Shown here piece by piece: positions 47,140-54,575 of a stretch of 64,000 bases of DNA. The stretch is from an uncultured Solibacteraceae bacterium (lineage in GTDB: Bacteria > Acidobacteriota > Terriglobia > Bryobacterales > Bryobacteraceae). The notes under the pieces are model-generated. The model searched no databases. It was given only the letters and a program-made list of their open reading frames with translations, and was not told the DNA's origin. Location: assembly GCA_964427655.1 (NCBI GenBank), contig CAYRWE010000002.1, positions 1,464-65,463 of the forward strand. Reading direction: 5' to 3'. How positions within the stretch are numbered: the first letter of the stretch is position 1; every line of letters starts with the position of its first letter. The translations under genes were made by a program, and so were the position numbers.

Positions 47140-47147
47140 CTTGCCCA
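47123..47147 (+). repeat. Copy of the interspersed hairpin element, overlapping the nuoN stop codon
   Basis: ggtggggcatgctttagcttgccca, identical over 25 nt to 51920-51944. GGGCA/TGCCC stem, extendable by GC/GC across a T.T mismatch; loop TTTA contains part of the TAG stop. Confidence 0.8.
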
Positions 47148-47156
47148 GAGCCGTCC

Positions 47157-49199
47157 TTATTGCTGTTTCTTCGTTTCCTGCGCCAGCCGCGTGCGCGCGC
47201 CTTCCAGCTTCTTACTCAACTTGGCCATCTCATCCGGATCGAGATCCGTCGGCGCGCCGCCCTGAAACTCCTTCAGCGAAGCCTGCCATTGCGCTATGGC
47301 CTCGCGAGTCTTGCCCAGCTTGAAGTACACGTCGCCCAGGTGATCGTGCACCGTGGGGTCTTGGCCGCCAATCCGGTCGAGCGCCCGCACCAGCAGTCCC
47401 TCGGCATCGTTCAGGCGGTCCTGCCGGTAGTAGACCCAGCCCAGGCTGTCCAGGTAGGCTCCGTTTTCCGGCTCCAGTTCCACGGCCTTTTTGATTAGCC
47501 GTGAAGCTTCGTCCAGCTTGGTATTGCGGTCGGCCAGCATGTAGCCCAGGTAATTTAGCGCGCCGGCATTCTCCGGGTTCAGCTCGATAACCTTGCGGAA
47601 CTCGCCTTCAGCGGCCTCGTAACGCTTCATGCGCTCGTACATGGCGCCGCGCATGAACAGCACCGTCTCTTTATCGTCGTTCGATTCCGAAAGCTTCTCG
47701 GCGTCGTCGAGAGCCTTGCCCATCTCCTGCCAGCGCTTGCCCTTCTCGTAGATCTGCGCCAGCGTAAGAGCCGTCTCCCGGGGATGGTCGTTGGGCAGCG
47801 CGCGCACTTCCGCCGCCGCCGCGTCGATCTTGCCCGCGTCCGACAGCACGGTGGCATGCTCCACCACCACGATGCGCTCGGTGGGGAACTTCTTCAGCGC
47901 CGCATCGGCTTCGCGTTGCGCGCTATCGCTATCCTTGGCCGCCCGGTAGGTCTCGACGATCTCCACGGCGAACCGCCCCGCGCCGGAAGGCTCCAGCGTG
48001 CCGGCCTGCCGGAATGCCTCCACCGCAGGAGCATACTGCAAATTGGTCCGGTAGAGCTGTCCCAGGCGCTCCAGCAGAGTGGCTCTGTAGCTCGATTCGC
48101 CGGCCGAGTAGCTCTTCTTGGCGGTCGAGTCGAGCAGCGTCTTCAGCGCGGTGATCGCCTCGCCCGGCTTCCCCTCGGCCTCCAGCAGGTTAATCTGCTC
48201 GAACTGCGTCTCCATGTCGTCCGGTTCGAGCGCTTTGGCTTTGGCAAGCGCCTCCTGCGCCTTCACGTAATCGTGCTTGGCCCTGTAAATCTGGGAGATG
48301 CGCACCTGCGGGCGCGCCTCGCGCGAATCGTCGCCCGCGATCTGCTGATAGAGCTTTAGCGCTTCATCGAGCTGGTCCGAGTAAAGCAGGTCCTCCGCCA
48401 ACCCCTGCACCAGCCGCGGATTGTCGGGCGCAATCTCCACCGCGCGCCGCAGCGCCGCCGCAGCGCTCTTGTAATCGCGCGATTGCTCGTAGGCACTGGC
48501 CAGCGCCGCCAGGGTGTGCTCGTTGGGAGCTTTATCGGTCGCGGCCTTTAGCTTGTCGATGGCTCGCGTCGTGTCCCCAAGGTCCGAATACAGCATCGCC
48601 AGGCCGGTCAGAGCGTCCTCGTTATCCGGTTCCACTTTGAGCGCCGCGTCGAAGGCCTTTTCCGCTTCCACTGAATTATTCGAGGCGCGATATAGGCGGG
48701 CCAGCATTACCCAGCTCTCGACGTCCTTGGGATCCTTCTCGGTGATCTTCTGATACTGCTGGATCGCCGCGCGCAGGGTCTCCTCATTGATTCTTCCATC
48801 CGGCGCGTTGCCCAATGCGCGCATGTAAATGCGCCCCAGCATGCGCCGCGCATCCAGATTGTCAGGGTTCTGCTTGAGCAGCTCCTCGGCCTGCGCCACC
48901 GCGTTCCGCAACTGCCCGGTTTGTACGTACAGATCCGTCAGTTCCTCGAGAATGATGCTGGAGCCCGGATCCAGCTTCAAGGCGTCCTGGAAATGCTGGA
49001 TGGCTTGCGGGATATAGTCGTTCTTGGTCCCCTCCAGTTCCGCGAGCCCCTCGTAGAGCCTTCCCATGGCAAAGTGGTAGTAGGCGCTGGCCTGATTATC
49101 CGGCGCCGCGCCGGTGTCGGCGGGAGTTCGCGGAGTCTGCGCAAAAGTGGCGCAACCCGCCGCGACAACGATCAGAAGCGCTTTGGCTGAGCGAAACAT
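47157..49199 (-). CDS. Secreted tetratricopeptide-repeat (TPR) protein
   Basis: Signal peptide MFRSAKALLIVVAAGCATFAQ, then more than 12 TPR-like A..Y..AL...P repeats across 680 aa. Confidence 0.85.
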   Translation of the reverse strand: MFRSAKALLIVVAAGCATFAQTPRTPADTGAAPDNQASAYYHFAMGRLYEGLAELEGTKNDYIPQAIQHFQDALKLDPGSSIILEELTDLYVQTGQLRNAVAQAEELLKQNPDNLDARRMLGRIYMRALGNAPDGRINEETLRAAIQQYQKITEKDPKDVESWVMLARLYRASNNSVEAEKAFDAALKVEPDNEDALTGLAMLYSDLGDTTRAIDKLKAATDKAPNEHTLAALASAYEQSRDYKSAAAALRRAVEIAPDNPRLVQGLAEDLLYSDQLDEALKLYQQIAGDDSREARPQVRISQIYRAKHDYVKAQEALAKAKALEPDDMETQFEQINLLEAEGKPGEAITALKTLLDSTAKKSYSAGESSYRATLLERLGQLYRTNLQYAPAVEAFRQAGTLEPSGAGRFAVEIVETYRAAKDSDSAQREADAALKKFPTERIVVVEHATVLSDAGKIDAAAAEVRALPNDHPRETALTLAQIYEKGKRWQEMGKALDDAEKLSESNDDKETVLFMRGAMYERMKRYEAAEGEFRKVIELNPENAGALNYLGYMLADRNTKLDEASRLIKKAVELEPENGAYLDSLGWVYYRQDRLNDAEGLLVRALDRIGGQDPTVHDHLGDVYFKLGKTREAIAQWQASLKEFQGGAPTDLDPDEMAKLSKKLEGARTRLAQETKKQQ

Positions 49200-49304
49200 G
49201 GAGTTTTTACTTTCTTTCGACCGCGCGAAGTCCCCAGGAGGTCGAAAATCACATTTTTATTGTATAACGGGGTCTCCGCGCAACGCCGCTGGAATCCTTT
49301 GCCA

Positions 49305-50273
49305 ATGACATTAGAACCAGACGCGTCCGCACACCCGCTGGTTGCAGTCGTCGGCCCCACCGGTTCCGGCAAAAGCGATCTGGCCCTCGATATCGCCGCC
49401 CGGTTCCACGGAGAGATTGTCAACTGCGATTCCCTGCAGGTCTACCGCTACTTCGATATCGGCACCGCCAAGCTGGCTCCCCTCGAACGTCGCGGCATTC
49501 CCCACCATCTTCTGGATATCCTCGACCCGGACGACCTGTTCACCGCCGGCGAATATGCCCGCCTGAGCCGCCAGGCGCTGGCCGGAATCTCCGCCCGTGG
49601 CAGCCTCCCAATTGTGGCCGGAGGTACCGGTTTCTACTTACGCGCCCTTCTGGAAGGCCTGTTCGAAGGCCCCTCCCGCGATCAGGCTTTGCGCGACCGC
49701 CTCGCCGCCCGGGAACGCCTCCGCCCCGGCAGCCTTCATCGCCTGCTTACCCATTTCGATTCCGAGGCCGCACGGAAGATTCACTCCCATGACGTTCCCA
49801 AGGTCACCCGCGCGCTCGAAGTCTGCCTGCTCGCGCGCCGCCCGGTCAGCGAGATGTTTCGCGCCGGACGCATGGCTCTGGAGGGCTACCGCGTTCTCAA
49901 GCTCGGCCTGCTGCCCGATCGCGACGCCCTCTACGACCGTCTCAATCAGCGCTGCGCCGCCATGTTCGAGGCGGGACTCGCCGATGAGGTCCGCCGCATT
50001 CTGGCCCTGGGCTTCCATGCAGCCGCCAAGCCCTTCGAATCGCATGGATACAAACAGGCCTTGCAATTGTTAGCCGGCGAACTGAATCCGCGCGAAGCGT
50101 TGTTTTACGCACAGCGCAACACGCGCCAGTATGCCAAACGCCAGATTACCTGGTTCCGCCGCGAGTCCGGCGTGGTCTGGCTCAAAGGCTTCGCCGACGA
50201 CCCGGGTATCCGCGAGGAAGCCCTCGAGCGCGTGGCTTGCTTCCTCGGTGGGGCACGCTTTAGCCTGCCCTAA
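49305..50273 (+). CDS. miaA: tRNA dimethylallyltransferase
   Basis: VVGPTGSGKSDLALDIA...EIVNCDSLQVYRYFDIGTAK..., PHHLLD, YAKRQ.TWFR. Start trimmed to ATG 49305. Confidence 0.9.
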   Translation: MTLEPDASAHPLVAVVGPTGSGKSDLALDIAARFHGEIVNCDSLQVYRYFDIGTAKLAPLERRGIPHHLLDILDPDDLFTAGEYARLSRQALAGISARGSLPIVAGGTGFYLRALLEGLFEGPSRDQALRDRLAARERLRPGSLHRLLTHFDSEAARKIHSHDVPKVTRALEVCLLARRPVSEMFRAGRMALEGYRVLKLGLLPDRDALYDRLNQRCAAMFEAGLADEVRRILALGFHAAAKPFESHGYKQALQLLAGELNPREALFYAQRNTRQYAKRQITWFRRESGVVWLKGFADDPGIREEALERVACFLGGARFSLP

Positions 50274-50284
50274 GCCTGCCCTAA
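50248..50284 (+). repeat. Variant copy of the hairpin element overlapping the miaA stop, with its right arm tandemly duplicated
   Basis: ggtggggcaCgctttagcCtgccc, followed by gcctgccctaa repeated twice (50263-50273 and 50274-50284). Confidence 0.7.
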
Positions 50285-50358
50285 GAAAGCCGCCCCTTCG
50301 CTCTTGTGCTGTTCCCGCCGAGCCACCGGCAGTAGTGCAAGAGCAGTAGTGTAAGAGG

Positions 50359-51936
50359 ATGCCAGCCCCCTCGAAGCTGCGGACGCGCCCGCGACATTTA
50401 GCTGCTAGCCGCCGGCCAGCCGAAACCGCCATCGACTATGCGGCTCACCTTTCCGCCGAAAAAGAGACTTACCGGGGGTGCCTGGACGTCCACGACCTGC
50501 CCGCCATCTTTCATTACTGGTCCAATCGATACGTGCGGCCCAAGCTGGAGGCATTCGGCTTCTCCACTCCCGACGAAATGTTCCTGAAATACGTCGGCCA
50601 GCAGTTTCAAAATGGCCGGGGGCCCCGTCGCATTGCCAGCATCGGCGCAGGCAACTGCCATCTCGAAGTGCGGCTCGCTTCGCACCTCCTGGCAGCCGGG
50701 CACACCGATTTCGCCATCGATTGTCTCGATCTGAATTCCGACATGCTGGAAAGGGGCCGCGATGCGGCGGCGAAGGCGGGCGCCGCGGCGTGCATGAGAT
50801 TCCTCCAGGTAGATCTGAACGCGTGGAGCGCGCCGGACGAGTACGACGGGGTCATCGCCAATCAGGCCTTGCACCACGTGCTCAACCTGGAGAATCTGTT
50901 CGCGGAGATCAAGCGATCTCTTAAACCCGGCGGTCGCTTTCTCGCCTCCGACGTGATTGGCAGGAACGGGCATCGGCGCTGGCCGGAAGCGCTCGACCTG
51001 GTACGGGAATTCTGGCGAAAATTGCCACCCTCCTACCGTTTCAACCAGAGTCTTCTGCGTTATGAAGAGACCTACCAAAACTGGGATTGTTCAGGCGAAA
51101 GTTTTGAAGGCATTCGATCGCAGGATATTCTGCCGCTGCTGACCGGGCACTTTCATTTCGAACTGTTTATTGCGTTTGCCAACATTGTCGATCCGTTTGT
51201 CGATCGCGCCTTCGGAAGCAATTTCGACGCTTCCGCGCCGTGGGACAGGAGCTTCATCGACCAGGTGCATGCGCGCGACGAGAAAGAGATCGCCTCCGGA
51301 CACATCCAGCCGACTCACATGCTCGCCGTGATGGGGACCGATCCGAGCGTCCCTACCCTCTTCCATGAGCCACTAGCTCCGCGGCGCTGCCTGCGGGACC
51401 CGGCCCGTGCGCGTGCCGGGATACAGGTGGTCCCCGCGGGCAAGGGATCGCCGTACGAGTGGGGTGCATGGCCTCACAATGACCGGCGAGAGATCGAGAT
51501 CGCCTGCCGGAGACTGAAGGACGCGCAGGATCGAACCAACGAACAGACTATCCTGGCAGCCGAGCGAACTCGGTGGGCCCAACGGCTCGACCGGGAAATA
51601 GCGCTGGCCACCCACAAAATCGAGGATCTCCACCAGGAACTGGACCGGCGGACTCAGTGGGCGCGGCAACTCGACGGGCAAATGGGTGAGCGGACTGCCT
51701 GGGCCCAGAGGCTTGACGGGGAAATAGAAGTGGCCGCGCGCAAAATCAAAGAGCTTCAGCAGGAGCTAAGCCGGCGGGCCGCCTGGGCCCACCGTCTCGA
51801 CCGGGAACTAAGAGAGCGGACCCTAGCGCATCGCGCCGACCTGGACCGCCTCGCCTGGGCAACCGCGCTCGACCGCCGATTTCACGCTCCCCTCGATTAT
51901 GCCTTTCGCCTGCTCCGCCGGTGGGGCATGCTTTAG
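50359..51936 (+). CDS. Class I SAM-dependent methyltransferase with a C-terminal repeated coiled-coil
   Basis: Motif I IASIGAGNC, post-I DCLDLNSDML, ANQALHHV, LKPGGRFL. The C-terminus has two tandem 42-aa units containing WAQRLD-type motifs. Confidence 0.75.
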   Translation: MPAPSKLRTRPRHLAASRRPAETAIDYAAHLSAEKETYRGCLDVHDLPAIFHYWSNRYVRPKLEAFGFSTPDEMFLKYVGQQFQNGRGPRRIASIGAGNCHLEVRLASHLLAAGHTDFAIDCLDLNSDMLERGRDAAAKAGAAACMRFLQVDLNAWSAPDEYDGVIANQALHHVLNLENLFAEIKRSLKPGGRFLASDVIGRNGHRRWPEALDLVREFWRKLPPSYRFNQSLLRYEETYQNWDCSGESFEGIRSQDILPLLTGHFHFELFIAFANIVDPFVDRAFGSNFDASAPWDRSFIDQVHARDEKEIASGHIQPTHMLAVMGTDPSVPTLFHEPLAPRRCLRDPARARAGIQVVPAGKGSPYEWGAWPHNDRREIEIACRRLKDAQDRTNEQTILAAERTRWAQRLDREIALATHKIEDLHQELDRRTQWARQLDGQMGERTAWAQRLDGEIEVAARKIKELQQELSRRAAWAHRLDRELRERTLAHRADLDRLAWATALDRRFHAPLDYAFRLLRRWGML

Positions 51937-51944
51937 CTTGCCCA
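51920..51944 (+). repeat. Copy of the interspersed hairpin element overlapping the methyltransferase stop codon
   Basis: ggtggggcatgctttagcttgccca, identical to 47123-47147. Confidence 0.8.
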
Positions 51945-52054
51945 AAATTTCACGGAACCTTTTTCACAGTCAATCGTCTGAGCGGATGTATACAAAGATT
52001 TCGCCGGCGAAAATCTGAAAGAAAATCTGAAAATGCTGTTCTTGGAGGCTCGAC

Positions 52055-52384
52055 ATGATTCGGAGATTTCTGCTGATTTTCGCATTGCTTGGCGCGGCCA
52101 TCGCCGCCGCCAAGGGCTATAAGGTGACCTTGTTTCAGCCCGCGACCGTGGGCGATGTCCAGCTCGCCGCCGGGGACTACCGGCTCGATGTAGTCGGCGA
52201 CAAGTTAGTGATGAAGGGCGACAAAGTGACGGCCGAGAGTCCCGTAAAACAGGAGACCGGCGACACCCATTACCTCGCCACCACCGTGCGCTTCGACAAC
52301 AGCGCCGGCAAGATGCGCATCCAGGAGGTCCACCTGGGCGGCACATCCACCAAGCTCGTGCTGGCCGCTTCCGGCACAAACTAA
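52055..52384 (+). CDS. Small secreted hypothetical protein
   Basis: Signal peptide MIRRFLLIFALLGAAIAAA, then a beta-rich 90-aa body. No family recognised. Confidence 0.55.
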   Translation: MIRRFLLIFALLGAAIAAAKGYKVTLFQPATVGDVQLAAGDYRLDVVGDKLVMKGDKVTAESPVKQETGDTHYLATTVRFDNSAGKMRIQEVHLGGTSTKLVLAASGTN

Positions 52385-52392
52385 ATGCCCCG

Positions 52393-52431
52393 CGCGGCGC
52401 CCGGATTTCGCGCATAGTCTCCGGGCGCCGC
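52393..52431 (+). terminator. 13-bp perfect-stem hairpin after the 52055..52384 gene
   Basis: CGCGGCGCCCGGA (52393-52405) pairs with TCCGGGCGCCGCG (52419-52431). 13-nt loop, followed by TTT only. Confidence 0.45.
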
Positions 52432-52460
52432 GTTTCCCTCCGCTGCTACACTGGGATTTC

Positions 52461-53633
52461 ATGCGGCGGTTTTTGCTTTTCGCCCTGCTTTGCGGCGCTT
52501 TGCGCGCCGAGACTGTTCTCGTCCTTCCCTTCTTCGACCATTCCAAGTCCGGCGACCTGGGCTGGATCGGCGAGAGCATTTCGGAAAGCCTGCACGATTC
52601 GCTCTTCTCCGAGAACGTCCTGGTGCTCGATCGCGAGGACCGCCTGGAAGCCTATCGCCGCCTCTCGCTGCGGCCCGGCGCGGAGCTGACCCGCGCTTCG
52701 GTCATCAAGATCGGACAAGCGCTGGATGCCGCGCGCGTGGTCTACGGAGAGTACGAGCTGCTGCCCTCGGGCGACGGCAACACCCAGTCCCGCGGATCGC
52801 TGCGCATCTCCGCCCGCATTCTCGATCTCAAGCGCACCACCCAGGGCCCCGCGACCGGCGAATTGGGAGCGCTCGAAGATCTCTCCACCCTCGAAGCGCA
52901 CCTCGCCTGGCAGGTTCTGGAGCAGTTGAACCCCCGTGGCACGCCGCCCGAACACGATTTCGTCAACGCCCGCCCGGCCGTTCGCCTGGACGCGGTCGAG
53001 AGCTACATACGCGGGCTGCTGGCCGCCGCTCCCGAACAGCGCCACCGCTTCTTCACCCAGGCCGCCCGCCTCGACGAGCACTATTCGCAGCCCTGCTTCC
53101 AGTTGGGCAAAACCTATTGGGAGCGCAAGGAGTACAAGATCGGCGCCGGCTGGTTTGCGCGGGTTTCAAGCGGCGCCCCGCACTACCTGGAGGCCCAGTT
53201 CTTCCTTGGCCTGTGTCTCTATAATCAGGGCGATTTCAACGGCGCCGGCCAAGCTTTCCAGTTAGTCTCCTCGTCCATGCCCCTCAACGAGGTCTTCAAC
53301 GACCTGGGCGCATCCGAATCCCGCCGCGGTCAGTTCGCCGCCGCCGCCGCTAGTTTCGGGAAAGCCATCGAGGGTGACGACGCCGATCCCGACTACCACT
53401 TCAACCGCGGTTACGCGCTCTGGCGGGCCGGTCAATTCGACGCCGCCGCCGAGGGTTTTCGCGCGGTGCTGGCCCGCAACCCCGCCGATACCGAAGCCAC
53501 CACGCTGCTGGGCCGCGCCCTGAAACGCGAAGGTCCCCGCCCCGCCGAAGCACGCGTGGAAGGCCGCGAGCGCCTCAAGACCGATTACGAAGAGACCGCT
53601 TACCGCCAACTCCAGGCCGAGCTGGCCAAGTAA
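52461..53633 (+). CDS. Secreted protein with an N-terminal globular domain plus C-terminal TPR repeats
   Basis: Signal peptide MRRFLLFALLCGALRA. TPR-like segments include YFQLGKTYWERKEY, AQFFLGLCLYNQGDF and YHFNRGYALWRAGQF. Confidence 0.75.
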   Translation: MRRFLLFALLCGALRAETVLVLPFFDHSKSGDLGWIGESISESLHDSLFSENVLVLDREDRLEAYRRLSLRPGAELTRASVIKIGQALDAARVVYGEYELLPSGDGNTQSRGSLRISARILDLKRTTQGPATGELGALEDLSTLEAHLAWQVLEQLNPRGTPPEHDFVNARPAVRLDAVESYIRGLLAAAPEQRHRFFTQAARLDEHYSQPCFQLGKTYWERKEYKIGAGWFARVSSGAPHYLEAQFFLGLCLYNQGDFNGAGQAFQLVSSSMPLNEVFNDLGASESRRGQFAAAAASFGKAIEGDDADPDYHFNRGYALWRAGQFDAAAEGFRAVLARNPADTEATTLLGRALKREGPRPAEARVEGRERLKTDYEETAYRQLQAELAK

Positions 53634-53765
53634 CTGCGGCCCGAATCACCGCCGCGATCACGGGGATTCGCTCCGCCATCGCTCCGATCTAACCCACGAC
53701 CGCTCGTAACCCGCGCCAAAACTTCCGTCCGAGCCGCGACCGTGAGGGAGCGGTGCCGCCCCCCC

Positions 53766-54575
53766 CTATTTCTGCTTCGGCAGCATCTTCAGATTCGCCG
53801 GGAGCGTGAACAGGTTGTCCGTCAAATTGCGGTTGATCTCCACCGAGTCCGCGTACATCTCGTAGATCTTCTCGCCGTTGCGCTCCCGCATTGTGCTCCC
53901 CGGCCACCACACGCCCCCACCCACGTCCCGGTATTTCGCCCAGACCGTGGTCTCCGTGTCGAAATCCTTATACTCCGGATTGCGCCGCTTGAAGATCTGG
54001 CGCACCGGAAGCTTGTCCAGGCGGCTGAAATAAACCGTCACGCTGCGGTCGTCGGCGTCGGTGATGTCCACGATCTCCACCGGCCGGTTCTCGTACATGT
54101 CCCCGCCCTGCGAATAGAACGTCAGCCCCGGCTCGCCCAGCCGCTGCCGAAAAATGTAGAGCGTGTTGCGCAGCAGGCTGTCCTTGTAATTGGCGTACCA
54201 CTGGTCGTCGCGCGGGCGCACTCCGCGCCAGCTCAGGTCCCAAGCCCCGTCCTCGGTGATCAGCACGCCGCCGTATTCTTCTTCCTTGCCGAAGTTTTCG
54301 CGCTCGCGCACCTGGATCTGCCCCGGCACGGGCGGCTCGGGGCGCGTCAGGTAGCGCGTGTAGATCCGCGCCACCGCCAGGCCGGAGATCCGCTCGCGGT
54401 AGAACTGGTAAGCGCGGCCGCGCTCCACACGGTCCTGCATTTTGAGGAAAGCGTCCCCGCCGAGCGCCTGCAGGCAATCGTCGACCACGCGCTTGCCGCG
54501 CTCCGTGGCGGTTTCCGCGCGCGCCGCCCCGGCCAGCGCCCCGCCCGCCATCCACAACCAATCCCTGCGCCTCAT
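53766..54575 (-). CDS. Secreted LolA-like (outer-membrane lipoprotein-sorting-like) domain protein
   Basis: Start MRRRDWLWMAGGALAGAARA (twin-arginine-like), with an ATGA overlap onto the upstream peptidase gene. It shares N- and C-terminal motifs with the C-terminal extension of that peptidase. Confidence 0.6.
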   Translation of the reverse strand: MRRRDWLWMAGGALAGAARAETATERGKRVVDDCLQALGGDAFLKMQDRVERGRAYQFYRERISGLAVARIYTRYLTRPEPPVPGQIQVRERENFGKEEEYGGVLITEDGAWDLSWRGVRPRDDQWYANYKDSLLRNTLYIFRQRLGEPGLTFYSQGGDMYENRPVEIVDITDADDRSVTVYFSRLDKLPVRQIFKRRNPEYKDFDTETTVWAKYRDVGGGVWWPGSTMRERNGEKIYEMYADSVEINRNLTDNLFTLPANLKMLPKQK

